Shown piece after piece: positions 54,101-64,000 of a stretch of DNA of 64,000 nt; position 1 is the first letter of the stretch, and each line of letters opens with the position of its first letter. The notes under the pieces were generated by a model. It was not told where the DNA came from. It made no database searches and saw only the letters and a program-made list of their open reading frames with translations. The position numbers and the translations under genes are program-made. This stretch comes from Chiloscyllium plagiosum (taxonomy: Eukaryota): assembly GCF_004010195.1 (NCBI RefSeq), contig NC_057718.1, positions 39,476,635 to 39,540,634 on the forward strand. Direction: 5' to 3'.

Positions 54101-57100
54101 AGCACATGCAGTCCCCAAGTTTGCAAACAGGTTCCGTTCTGGAGTCCATTCACAAGTCAAAACATAATGCAGGACAGTGGAAAGCAGGTGTTCGTAAGTA
54201 CAGAAAATACTGGTATGTCAGATCTTTAAACATTAAAACCATATATGGGATCGTGTTCGTTAAGTACAAGTATTTGTAAATTGGGGAACCCCATAAGTCT
54301 GCATGATGCAGTTCAATGTATGAAAATAAGTTAAGTGTTAGTTACAAACAGGTACTATAACTTAATTTGTTTTAAATATGCCAATGAGGAAGCAAAACCA
54401 TACCTGAAAATGTGAACTTAAGTTTTGCTTGCCTTTAGAACGCATTAGTAATCTTCTGTCTTAGCATCATAACTATTGTAAGAAAATTTAAAACATACAA
54501 TTCTTCTAAATGGAAGCTCAGTATTTGTTTTATGATTCACTGACCAAGAGTTGTGTGTTTTCAGGGTTTTGTACTAATCACGTGCTGAGTACTATCGCAA
54601 CAGCTGACTTATGGTGAGTGTAGGGGAAACATTAAAATTAAGTTCAAACATATGATCACTGGATTTCTGAAAGTCCTATAGTGCTGTCACTGGCATGAAT
54701 GTGCTACCCAGAAGTCCAGAAATTCTGTAAATTCGCCTTAATCAATACTTTGGCTACTCCAGATTATAAAAGCCTCCTATCAAAAGTAGAGAAAGCTTGG
54801 ATTCTCAGATGATTACATTTTTCTGGCCCTTCTGAATTCAGTGTTGAAGAAGAGATCTGATTGTTTAGATCTTGTTTAAAGTTTGAAGTGGTACAGGCAG
54901 TGGTTATCATTCACACTTAATTTTTAACATTTGTTTTAGAACCAAGTTAACTGATTAAAACAATGAATTTGAAGTATTTTGGGCTAAATGTTATGTCATT
55001 TTTGATTAACTCGCATCTTAGTAATTCCTGTAACTTAGTTTTGCATTGTGTTTGAGTATATTGCTGTCTTAAAGCACCTCACATGATAATTTTGAAGTGT
55101 TGTTTATTATCTATTATCTAGGCTGATTCGCTGGTGATGTCTTCAAAATTCATTGCTGCTGACATCATCTGGACATTTATTGAACAACTAAAATTATTTA
55201 CTTGTTGATTTTTTCTTTTCCTTCTCCTAAAGTACATGTAACATCTGCCTGTATTCTTGTTCTCCTTTTTTCTGTTAGGGTAATCCTGATCCACCCGTGC
55301 AGGTCAGCAGAGTTGGTTCAGTCAGGCGTGAGCTTCCAAGTTTGCAGCATCGTCACCACCCTCTTCGATCCAAATGCCGACCACCAAAAGGAATGTATCT
55401 TAGCCAAGAAGATGTTGGAGCCATGTCCTGCAGCCCAAATGCAGCAAGTACCATTCTTAGACAGCTTGATATGGAACTAATCTCATTGAAGCGCCAGGTA
55501 TTTGGATACCTGTAGTGTAGTTTTAAAACTCCCCAGACGTAAATTTTGTTTCTTGTGTACCGTGTATAAAGTAATGAGTTTCATAACAAAAGCTATAATC
55601 TTCTCACTGCTAAATAAAGATGGACTTTATACAATTAATCCAACAAGTGTTAATTCATACTTGAACAAATGTTTAAAACTTCAGCACCAGGCTTTTATTT
55701 GATTTGCATGTTCAGTATCTTTGCTTTCTAATCCAGTAATGTCAAGTGTCAACCTGGCTAATGTGTGGCATCCTTGACGATCATGGGTTGAAGCCCCACT
55801 CTCGGGACTTGAGCACATAATCTAGGCTCACTCGTCAGTGCAGTTCTGAAGGATGCAGTAGAAATGAGGACACCATATATCTGGTGAGGGTTATAGCAAG
55901 GCTACATAACTTGTTCAGATGGCTTTTTTAAAAATCCCATGGCACTGCTCAAAATAGAGGTCTCCCAGTGTTTTGGCCATAATTTATTCTTCAAACAACA
56001 CCATTAGACTAACTCAACATTTATCCATGTCCATGCTGTTTGTGACATCCTGCTGTGTATAAATTGCCTGCTTGTTTGCCTATATAGCAACAATAACTGC
56101 ATTCAAATGTAGTTAATTGGCTATGAAGTAACTTTTGATTTTGAGGTCAGGAAGGTTTATTTCTTTCAACTAGAATACCTCCATTTAGTGAATGTAAATG
56201 AGAAGGAAATTGTTTTTGCATAGTGCCTTTCACATTTTTGGAGTTCCTTTCTCAAGCAGTATGTCAGTACACCTAGAAAGGTGGATTAGTAGCTAGATCT
56301 AGTTAGGAATAATTAAATACATCGAATGGGGTGAGCGTTTTACAACGAGTGATCACAATATGATTTGGTTTAAGATCCAACTTGAAAGTGAAAATGATCA
56401 GTAAAAAAGCTAAAATTCCAGATTGGTTTGGGAAAAATCTTAGATAGATAAAGAGCATGTTAGAGTGAAATTAGCAAGTAACAAGTGAAATTAGCATATA
56501 AGAATGTATAACAACTGGAGATGCACTTGATAAAGAAATTGAATAATTCAATTTAAAAAAACAACTTCGAGTAGATCTTTGGATAAATAGAGGCGAGAAA
56601 TCAATTAATATTGAAGAAACTGGTGTATGAGAGTTTTAAAACCAGTAAGGACAGAAATATATATAGATTAAAGGAGTGTTAGAAGGAAAGCCAAGAACAG
56701 ATGTGGTAGAGCAATTTCAGAGAATGTCAAATGTTACGGTGCAGTATTTTACAAATATATACATTTAGGGAATGGAAGACTACACCTGAGGGATTGAGGA
56801 TGCAGTGAAAACAACAAAGGAACTTGATGTAATTTGGATTAAGTTTTACAAAAGAGGATAGACTGGAAGATGTTGCAATTCCATAGAGTACTCAAACCTT
56901 TTAAATAGTGCATTTGTTTGTAATCTGCACTATTGTATTATAGGAGTAATAACGAAATAGTTGAAAAGCCATTTTTGAATCAAAGTTTTGGAGTGAAGTT
57001 TATGCAACTGATGTACATCTGTTTTTGACAAATTTTGGTTTTTCAAAATTAAACCTTAAAAGTTGGAGGTTATATGTAACTTCAATCAAACAATTTCCTG

Positions 57101-60100
57101 TGATGTGATGTATGAGGAGCAGGCTATTCAATCAGTTGTTGCAGTCCTTTATTGTAAGGAACCATGCTTTTGTTGACTGTTTGTAGTTTCTTATGCAATA
57201 TGAAAGGATGTAATAACTGCAAACTGCACTCTTTAGCCTCAATAAGCGATTTTAATATTGCTTGGGTTAATGTGATTAAACTAAAATTACCATCTGTACA
57301 TCATAGTTTTGTACCATTCTCTGCAACATCTTGATGTATTCCTTATATAATGGAGGAGATGAAGCTGGAAGCAGCGATGCAGACTGTCAAATTGGCTGTG
57401 ATGTTGGAGTTGAAAAAAATTTAAGAAAACATTAAATCTTTACTTCAGACATTTTGGTTAAAATGTTTATCCTTTATTTCTTCAGTCTTGTTCCATCTGG
57501 CCCCACATTTAAAAAAAAATCCACTAGACTTTCTGACTTGGTTGCTGTTTCTGTTAGCTTGGCTGTTTGAGCATACCATGATGGCATTCCTGTGTGGTAC
57601 AGACAGTTGAGGCCCCAACAGTGCCACCTTAGTCTGATTTAAATCATTAAAGAATCATCTGACTGGTGTACCTCTTGTGTGCTTAGAAGCACAGGTTATG
57701 ATCACAAAAAATGGGGAGGCAGCTTGACCAGTGTATATAAGTTGCATTGTTCATTTTACCTCATTACCTGTTTGGTTTATGCCAGGTTGGCAAGGTTAAA
57801 ATTAGTGCGTTAGTTCTTCATCATAGCAGTTTTGCAGCAGAATGAGATCATTAGGTTCATTGTGCCTGTGAAATTACTGGTTGCACTTAGAGTTAGGTAT
57901 ATCTAATCTGTTTTCCTGCCCTTTCCTCATATTCATTTAAAATTTGTTCTTCCTCTTCAAATTTATCCAAAAGTTGAGGGATATATTAAGCAAGGTCTCC
58001 TTCAAATAAATGTGGCTTTGAGGTGGTATACTCAATGTTAGAAATCCAGATTAATATCAAACCTGCATAGCAAACTAAGCCATCTGATGCCTTAACCATG
58101 CACGTCTGTGCATCATCATGCAAATTTGGATGATTAACGGGCTAGTCTGGCTCATAAATGGAACCTGGAAAGAAGCTGGGATTTTTCCCACTTCCCTCTA
58201 AGTAACATTGAAAATCAATGCCCCTGTGAACAAGTAGCAGGTAACTTGCCAGTGGTCTGTGCTGGAAGTTAAATGGCAAAACATTTACACTTGTATGTTT
58301 AACATAAAAATTCCCCAAGATAATTGAAAAGATGTGAAGAAAATGAACACTACGTCAAAAAGAAGACGTTAAAGACAAGACAAAAAAAAATTGTCAAAGA
58401 AGTAGAATTTAAGGAGGAGGAGATGATGGAGAGGCAGGAGTCTCACAGTGAGCCAGGTGAAATTACAGCCATCAGGTTAAAGGGAAGTGGGCACGTACAC
58501 GCTTGCTGAACAATGGTAGTAGATGTTGTGGGGCTGGAGGAGATTAAAAATAAAACTGAGGCCACATGACATTTTGAAGACAACTGTAAGAATTTTAACT
58601 TGATGGCATTAGACAAATGAGAACCAAGGTAGCCTACACATGCTTGGTGGATGAGATGAACTTGGTGTGAAACTGGATGCAAGAAGCAGGATTTTGGCTG
58701 AGCTGAGGTGCAGTAATCTAGTTTGCAGGGAGAAAATACACATATTATAGTTTTAGAGGCAGATGGAAAACAATAGACAATGCTTTGGAGGTTTTGTGAT
58801 AAAGTCTAGCTTTAAAAACTCATCTCACGGTTGAGTTGTATGTTAAGGTTGCAAAGAAGCTGATTTGGCCTGTGTTGATGACCATGGGAAGACATGGCAA
58901 AATATTAAATATTGTAATGGGGATGAAGGTCATGAATTTGGTTCTAAACTGCAGCAGCATCTTTCATCACCTTTGGGATCCTTGAGGCTTGGTTCTGCCA
59001 ATCTCTCATCATTGTTTCAAAACTTGCATAACTTGACTACTGAGGCATGTACATGTACATAATTAAAAAAACAAATCTTACATGTGTTGGATTTTGGTAG
59101 TTTAATTCAGAGACTGTTAATATTTCCACTGCTCTCAAATACCTGAATGTCTTCCCTCTAAGTTACTGGCACTCAGTAGACATTTGGAGTAATGTATTCC
59201 ATTTTTGTTATTATTGAAATAAAAATTTCTTCCAATATACCTTGCGTGCCTTTGGTACTAATCCTAAATTTGTGCTCTGAAACCAATTCAGTGGTTAATG
59301 CAAATAATTGTTTACCCTCCCTAATCCTTGCAAAATTTCTAGCACTTCTGTTAGATTCCCTCCTACTTCCTCAGCTCTAGTGATTATTGTCATAACTCCC
59401 AAAATGATGTGGGATAATATCACGTGAAAACTTGGTTCTTTTGTCCAAAGTTCCTGTTTTCCTACTGATTTTTGCTGATGCATTAACTCTCTTATTTTAA
59501 ATGAATTAACACTTCCACTAAAATAACAGAACAATTCCAGAAGAGCATATTAAGCAATCATGCATATCAGATGGTGTAATTTCAGGTTTGCAGCTTTTCA
59601 AATGTCTCATCACAACTATAATCCTCTGATCTGTAGTACCATCCTCATAAATCAACATTACAGCTTTTCCATGGCTATAGGAGTTTTCTGAAAACTGAAC
59701 AAAATAGTGCAAAGTCTTGTCTCTATCTTTTTTCAATGATCTATATATACAGTTGAACCTTTTATGACTCTTTCCTCTGCCCCAACCCAACTTTAAACAT
59801 ATACTATCTGTATACCTTCAATTTCTTTCTTTTTCAGCTCCCTTCTTTGCAACGGTTCTTAGATTTTTTTTAATAGGAAGTGCTAATTACCAAGATCCCT
59901 TTGGAAGTTTACCCAAAAGTTTGAGGAGTGAGGCTGAGATTATGTGATGAGGATCTGTATTTACTACCATTTGAACTCCTCTCCAGCAGATATCTGTATT
60001 TTTCATACCATGTTCTACCCAATTGAGGTAAAAAGTGGGGGAAGGTAAATTGACAAGGGAGCCTCTGGTCTTCCACTCCTCAGATGTGGACCTAACTGTT

Positions 60101-61666
60101 TTTCTACTTTGCCAAAGGATTTCTAATACCAACGCACAACTAAACTAAGATTCACACATTTGTGGCAATTTCAGTTATCTAAGGTTAGTATTTTTATAGA
60201 CAAAATGTTCAAATAGCATCTTCTTAGCCTTCAGTTTTCTTCTCCCTTAACACACATGGAGTGAAATAATTGGTAAGCATGCAAGCAACAAGTGATAGTA
60301 TTCTTCTCACTAACAATAGAGTAATGGATGTTGCACTAAAGCAGTGACAATGTAATTAGTGAATTAAGGATTGAGAATTTTTTTTAAACAAAACTTCGCA
60401 AATTGAAGAATCCATTGTAAAAATATTTCATGTATTATAAATGTGCTATCATAACAAGTCACTGGGCCCACTGTATCTTACTTTGGCTAGATATCCAACT
60501 TTGAGACTCCTAATCTTGATTCCATGAGGAGAACTCTGCACTTTGGATCAGGATCCAGACTTTGGGTCCTGACATTACACTGTTGGGATCAATTACTCAA
60601 CATGTTCTTTCTCTTGATTGACCTGATAGCAGCAGTCAAAGGCCAATCACTATCTAATTAAGGATGGCAGGTGGTGGTTTCTTGGTGGGTGGGGGAGATA
60701 TGAATACCTGAAACACAACATGTTACAGTCTGCCATTGCATATGGAGACTACGGCTTTAAGAATGTAAAATTACCAAGTGTCCTAGTTGTCCAGCCACAG
60801 TAGACAATGGGGAAATTCCCCCTAAAGAATGATGTTGTAGCTGTAGCTAAAACCAAAGAGATAAATCCAGAGTGGGGGGAATGCAGAAGGATAAGGGGAA
60901 CTTGGAGTTTCTCTGAAACACTGGTGTCCCCAGTTTGCTCCCAGGTGACTGACTTCAGAAAGATACCATTCTCTCGATTCAGCAGATGACCTACAATCAA
61001 TTGGAAAATTAGAAAATTTTATAAGATCTCTGTTACATAATTGATTTTTTTTAAACTAACAATTGGCCTTTTAGTGACTTAATTTAATAACCTATAGCTG
61101 TGGCTGACCCACCCTCCCTAAACTGGTTCACATGTAGATTGATGCATATGAGCCCATACGCAAGTCAACAATATGGAATTATGGGACATCAATCCTTCCC
61201 CACTTGGTGATTTGATGAGTAAATTTTGGGACAGCCTTAATGTCTCTATTTTAATTCAGTTGCCACCCTGCTTTAAAAAAAGTGCTTGCATTTTGCAAAC
61301 AGTCATATTGTTCTGAGCATAAATGAAACTACTGCTTGTCACCTATGTCAATAATTATTACAGATTTTCTCAGAAGTAAAAGCTTCTACTTCGCCTCTTC
61401 CCGCAACTGTTTTTTGATCCTATGTCTTAATTTTGCAAAATTAAAATCTGGTTATAGCAATATTTTATAAATTGCTTAAATTAATTTTAATCAATAGAGA
61501 AAAATTATGCTGCCTAAAGGAGCAATGTTAATTTCAAAATTGATTATAAAACGATAGGTAAAAGTCTAATTTTGAAATGGTTTCCCAGGTACAAAATGCC
61601 AAGCAAGTTAACAGTGCACTGAAGCTGAAATTAGAAGGAGGCATAGAAGAATTCAGACCATCTGAG
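15062..61666 (+). CDS. RCOR3: REST corepressor 3 (CoREST3), spliced CDS, coding exons 1-9, 3'-incomplete: join(15062..15188,15360..15416,20956..21033,29642..29694,31290..31451,47407..47531,48903..48981,55279..55497,61589..61666)
   Basis: The exons join in frame (978 nt, 326 aa) with GT-AG introns: [19 protein letters not shown]...[29 protein letters not shown]...[105 protein letters not shown]...CRPPKGMYL...[26 protein letters not shown]. The MPGMMEKG N-terminus and the [15 protein letters not shown] linker match RCOR3 as I recall it, rather than RCOR1/2. Confidence 0.96.
15360..15416 (+). CDS. RCOR3: RCOR3 exon 2 (start of ELM2)
   Basis: Acceptor ttgttacAG; encodes [19 protein letters not shown]; donor G|GTAAAG. 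Confidence 0.96.
16151..16315 (+). mobile_element. Penelope-derived fold-back (hairpin) insertion in RCOR3 intron 2
   Basis: Near-perfect inverted arms of about 60 bp with apex GAATCGATGTCGATTC; flanking repeat CCATT(C/A)AACAACTT at 16137-16150 and 16316-16329. Confidence 0.85.
16700..17290 (-). mobile_element. 3' fragment of the EN-RT LINE family seen at 41.5-44.6 kb
   Basis: GGTGGTGAGCTGCC..TTGAAC and neighbouring sequence are reverse complements of the 44100-44620 region; another such fragment lies at ~11880-12180. Confidence 0.65.
17699..18013 (-). mobile_element. HE1 SINE (V-SINE superfamily), well preserved
   Basis: Minus strand: GGCGGCACGGTGGCACAGTGGTTAGCACTGCTGCCTCACAGCGCC (A box)...GGGTTCAATTCC (B box), core GTGTCTGCGTGGGTTTCCTCCGGGTGCTCCGGTTTCCTCCCACA, and a (TAATC)n tail. 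Confidence 0.9.
18125..19387 (+). mobile_element. CR1 LINE, 5'-truncated (RT C-terminal half plus 3' UTR), nested in an older CR1
   Basis: [48 protein letters not shown]; stops and frameshifts present. Confidence 0.93.
19883..20095 (-). mobile_element. Old PLE fold-back remnant (similar remnants at ~27370-27575, ~28495-28650, ~31555-31660, ~45820-45960)
   Basis: AAAGCAAAATACTACAGA..GGAAATCTGAAATAAAAC...GAAACAGAGTTAATGTTTC and the inverted GTTAACTCAGTTTC...GATGCTGCCAGAC. Confidence 0.65.
20956..21033 (+). CDS. RCOR3: RCOR3 exon 3
   Basis: Acceptor ttttctttcAG; encodes [26 protein letters not shown]; donor T|GTAAGT. Confidence 0.96.
22048..22220 (-). mobile_element. PLE terminal repeat with hammerhead motif and a partial inverted arm
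   Basis: Minus strand 22180->22145 reads ATTC-CTGATGA-AGGGC-TCCT-GCCT-GAAAC-ATC-GAAT. Confidence 0.8.
22684..23046 (-). mobile_element. CR1 LINE 3' fragment
   Basis: ORF ...[19 protein letters not shown]...; reverse complement of the end of the 18.1-19.4 kb copy. Confidence 0.9.
23588..24052 (-). mobile_element. CR1 LINE 3' fragment
   Basis: Same family; begins CATAGAGATGTACAGCATGGAAACAGACC on the + strand. Confidence 0.9.
24275..26450 (-). mobile_element. Old CR1 LINE remnant with a younger CR1 3' end nested at ~25424-25755
   Basis: Reverse-complement motifs (AKFTDDTK at ~24990-25020, G..PRGSFLGP at ~25065-25095). The nested copy matches the 3' end of 38237-39613. Confidence 0.7.
26195..26270. 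repeat. Compound microsatellite (CT)n-(CG)n-(CT)n-Tn-(AT)n
   Basis: Directly visible in the sequence. Confidence 0.95.
27825..28482 (+). mobile_element. CR1 LINE 3' fragment with internal deletions
   Basis: Collinear with 18650-19385 apart from several short gaps. Confidence 0.88.
29642..29694 (+). CDS. RCOR3: RCOR3 exon 4
   Basis: Acceptor tttttatAG; encodes [18 protein letters not shown]; donor CAG|GTTTGT. Confidence 0.96.
31290..31451 (+). CDS. RCOR3: RCOR3 exon 5 (end of ELM2, SANT1 helices 1-2)
   Basis: Encodes [54 protein letters not shown]; donor ATG|GTAATT. Confidence 0.97.
31795..34205 (+). mobile_element. Older, decayed copy of the tRNA-headed EN-RT LINE
   Basis: Head [66 protein letters not shown]; collinear with 41465-43850. 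Confidence 0.8.
35735..36029 (+). mobile_element. HE1 SINE (V-SINE)
   Basis: Near-identical to the reverse complement of 17699-18013, but missing the segment between the two GGTTTCCTCC repeats. Confidence 0.9.
36110..36688 (-). mobile_element. CR1 LINE 3' fragment with internal deletions
   Basis: [24 protein letters not shown]; same young family as the 18 kb copy. Confidence 0.88.
38240..39613 (+). mobile_element. CR1 LINE of a second family, internally deleted RT plus 3' end
   Basis: [61 protein letters not shown]. Confidence 0.9.
40470..41290 (+). mobile_element. Decayed fragment of the EN-RT LINE with an antisense short derivative nested at ~40580-40930
   Basis: AAGT.GCAAGTAACATT..TGCCA and TAATGGAATA.TC match the 43850-44300 region; the nested part is a reverse complement of the 49004-type element. 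Confidence 0.6.
41465..44630 (+). mobile_element. Near full-length (~3.2 kb) single-ORF non-LTR retrotransposon (AP endonuclease + RT) with a tRNA-like 5' head; inactivated
   Basis: A box TGGCCTAGTGG (41476), B-box-like GGTTCAAACTC (41538); [12 protein letters not shown] and GKSDH (endonuclease); [31 protein letters not shown] and degenerate .DD (RT); A-rich tail at 44621-44630. Confidence 0.85.
45480..46067 (-). mobile_element. Composite PLE-bounded insertion with ~108-bp inverted arms and a 14-bp TSD
   Basis: Arms 45513-45620 and 45962-46069 are reverse complements; TCAATTAAAGCCTA occurs at 45466-45479 and 46068-46081. Confidence 0.85.
45973..46008 (+). ncRNA. Minimal type I hammerhead ribozyme motif (PLE-associated); inverted twin on the - strand at 45574-45609
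   Basis: ATTC-CTGATGA-A-GGGC-TTTT-GCCC-GAAA-T-GTC-GATT: catalytic boxes CUGAUGA and GAAA, stem II and a GUC triplet. The twin reads ...GCCT-GAAAC-GTC-GATT. Activity unknown. Confidence 0.7.
47202..47300. repeat. CT-rich low-complexity polypyrimidine tract upstream of exon 6
   Basis: Directly visible in the sequence. Confidence 0.85.
47407..47531 (+). CDS. RCOR3: RCOR3 exon 6 (SANT1 helix 3)
   Basis: Acceptor gcctcAG; encodes [41 protein letters not shown]; donor AG|GTGAGG. Confidence 0.97.
48527..48657 (+). mobile_element. Second PLE family terminal repeat inserted in a CR1 3' tail (~48465-48745)
   Basis: TSD GCAAGTGGGAC at 48516-48526 and 48658-48668; contains GCA-CTGAGGA-T-GTCACCT-AGAC-AGGGGAC-aAAAC-GTT-TGC. 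Confidence 0.75.
48903..48981 (+). CDS. RCOR3: RCOR3 exon 7 (acidic linker)
   Basis: Acceptor gatttttAG; encodes [27 protein letters not shown]; donor GAG|GTGAGA. Confidence 0.93.
49004..49600 (+). mobile_element. Two tandem tRNA-headed short elements (SINE-like derivatives of the 41.5-44.6 kb LINE)
   Basis: Copies at 49004-49347 and ~49348-49600; B boxes GATTCGAATCC and GGTTCGAATCC; tail TAGGGATGGGCAATAAATGCTGGCC. Confidence 0.8.
53012..53450 (-). mobile_element. Old CR1 3' fragment
   Basis: ACAGCACAGAA...CCCTTCAGCC, GCACTTGGTCCATAGCC, GAGTTCCACATTCCCCAC. Confidence 0.7.
55279..55497 (+). CDS. RCOR3: RCOR3 exon 8 (start of LSD1-binding linker)
   Basis: Acceptor ttttctgttAG; encodes [73 protein letters not shown]; donor CAG|GTATTT. 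Confidence 0.96.
55750..56170 (+). mobile_element. DeuSINE-like (SacSINE1-like) SINE
   Basis: GGGTTGAAGCCCCACTC..GACTTGAGCACATAATCTAGGCT...AATCCCATGGCACT...TTGGCCATAATTTATTCTTCAAACAACA...TGCTGTTTGTG. Confidence 0.65.
61589..61666 (+). CDS. RCOR3: RCOR3 exon 9
   Basis: Acceptor tttcccAG; encodes [26 protein letters not shown]; donor GAG|GTAAAT. Confidence 0.95.
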
Positions 61667-63780
61667 GTAAATAATATGGTGCTTATAATTTCACAACCAA
61701 TGTAATTCTCTTGTGTTGTTTTGTGTACAGTTTTAGATCTGTAGTTTTATACGTTATATTAAAGTATTCCTCTGTTCATTGACTACGTCTAAAACTAGAT
61801 GGATCTAGAGATCTGTGGCAAAAGTGGAATTCTGTATCAAGAAATTACTCTATCACGTGGCATAAATAATGACATGAATGCATCCGCATTGAATGCAGTG
61901 GCATTCCAAATGTGCAATGACCTTTCTTGATCTTCTGTACATGTGCTGGTGCAATGCACATCTGTGTTCATACCTGAGGTACATCTGCGTTTGCAGCTAG
62001 ACAAATTTATGGGGCAGTTCTCATTTTATTATTTTGGGGAATAAAGTGTGTGCAATTTAGACCTGGGGAAACCAGAACAAATGTTTCAAAAATTAGACAA
62101 AAAGTAAATAGTTTCTGTGTCCTTTACAGATGGGAAAAATCAATAGCCCAATAGCTATTTCAATTGAATATGGATTCTCTCTTTCTGGGGTATCTTTTTA
62201 CACACAGTTAATAATTGGACAAGCACTGTGTGGAAATCAGTGTGTATCAGGCTTGAAGTGGAAGATTTTATTTTGCTACAAATGTAGGTTCTAGTGTGCC
62301 TGAGATTATAGAGGGGACGTGTTTTTCAAACCTTTGAGAAAGGGACTTGGAAATTTTACAGAAATTTAGAAAAATGTTTTTATAGGGAGTATGTAAAATA
62401 AACGTCTTGTTGGAAACCAATATAATATGTTGAAAGAGTAAACCTAGTCTGTCTTAAGTCATTGTTTTGTAGTGCTAGTAGTAGTACACATTACCAAACT
62501 TAAAATAGATTACTGAAAACATTTGACCAAATAACAAAGTAAAAAGATTAGGAATTACATCATTTACCTGACAAATTGCTTAGAAATACTGGTAAGTATT
62601 ATCAAGCAACTTGACTTTTAGATTAAATTCTTTTTTGCAATAAAATATTCATCTGCAGAATTTGCAAATTGACAGATGACCAGTGGGAGAATTATAAGAA
62701 AGGTCAAAGATGTTTACAGTATTAAGGTGTAAGTCAACCCTGCTGCTGTAAGGTGTAAATCTTGACCTGATTGTGATGCCAATAGTACTCCACTTTCTAA
62801 GAGCAGGCATTTGAAAAAAAATTTATAAGATCGTGATAGCAAATGATGAGACAGCCAACATTTTCATCTCGGACCATTTATCCATAAAGCTTCTAAAATT
62901 CCCTCTTTGTAACATTGAGTTAGATCTTTAAGAAATCTATTCTGGGGTATTGATCACTATTTAATGTTAAGACGTACTTAACCAATATTAGTTCTGGATT
63001 TGCATTACAGTAGTAATCGGCAACTCCTTATCCATAAATAATTTTTGCAAATATACCATTATCCATACTGTTTATAATCTTGTACATTTCTACAGTAGAC
63101 CTCCCAGGCATGTCATGGCAGGATCAAAAAATCTTAGTCTAAGAAACACCTGCAAGTCTGGGGAACAGGTTTAAGGCTTTTGTTCTGCATAAGTCCATTG
63201 GATGAATGTTTCCCTTGTGTTTCATTGACCAGAACTTGGCAAGGTCACCAGGCACGTTTTAGACTGACCAGAGTATAGTATATTTTTATCATGACTCATA
63301 CTGATTTAGCATACTGATTGCTATACCTATGACATTTTGAGTTCTAAATCTATTAACACTTCCAAATCTTTTTTCAATTAAAAGACTGTTCATGGCAGTC
63401 ATATGTTGTCCAGTTTCCTTTGTGTTTACATTTGTCTCTTTCAGACTTCATCTGCCATTTCCTTACCTACTTTTAAATTTCGTCCATTTAATTCTGTAAT
63501 TGTTGATCTGCTTCATAAGATTTTACTGGCTTCCCTGTCATGTCTAATTTTAATTTGCATTGAGTTTCTGAGTTCAAGTAATTAATATAAATTAGAGATT
63601 GTGTTTGTCTCATCATCGATTCCTGAGGCACCATACTCAATGCTCTCCCCACATCAACCAAAGATCACATTTTTACTAACTACCTCATAATTTGTAACCT
63701 CAAGCTAAGAATTTAATTATGTTAACATCTATCCTGAATTAGTTTTGAGCTTGATACTTAGCTTAATTTTGTCAGATACC

Positions 63781-63984
63781 GAAAATGTGTTGCTGGAAAA
63801 GCGCAGCAGGTCAGGCAGCATCCAAGGAGCAGGAGAATCGACGTTTTTGGGCATGAGCCCTTCTTTCAGGCTCATGCCCGAAACGTCGCTTCTCCTGCTC
63901 CTTGGATGCTGCCTGATCTGCTGCGCTTTTCCAGCAACACATTTTCAGCTCTGATCTCCAGCATCTGCAGTCTTCACTTTCTTC
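63781..63984 (+). mobile_element. Penelope-derived fold-back insertion in RCOR3 intron 9
   Basis: Inverted arms of about 78 bp; perfect 14-bp TSD TTTTGTCAGATACC at 63767-63780 and 63985-63998. Confidence 0.88.
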
Positions 63985-64000
63985 TTTTGTCAGATACCAT

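Noticed and set aside
56240..58900. Purine-rich stretches with faint LINE-like words (for example SDHNMI at ~56348)
   Set aside because: Probably very old CR1/L2 debris, too decayed to delimit or classify by eye.
61667..64000. Further RCOR3 exons (SANT2)
   Set aside because: No ...INARWTTEEQLLAVQ-like sequence was found; the remaining exons lie beyond the window.

Overview
Vertebrate genomic DNA, almost certainly from a shark (elasmobranch), inferred from the HE1/V-SINEs, DeuSINE-like copies, abundant CR1 LINEs and Penelope-like repeats. The only intact protein-coding gene is RCOR3 (REST corepressor 3 / CoREST3) on the + strand. It has a CpG-island promoter near 14.5-15.8 kb and nine GT-AG coding exons from 15062 to 61666 that splice in frame into 326 codons (ELM2, SANT1, linker); the gene continues past the window end. 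Most of the remaining sequence is decayed retroelements: a Ty3/Gypsy pol remnant, RTE and CR1 LINEs, a tRNA-headed EN-RT LINE with short derivatives, and SINEs. The most notable non-genic signal is a set of short Penelope-derived fold-back insertions that carry minimal hammerhead-ribozyme motifs and have 11-14 bp target-site duplications. One of them appears to have captured about 340 bp of unrelated DNA between inverted arms. Two candidate poison cassette exons lie in RCOR3 intron 7. No prokaryotic systems, CRISPR arrays or true tRNA/rRNA genes were seen. Repeat boundaries are approximate (read by eye); exon boundaries are exact.
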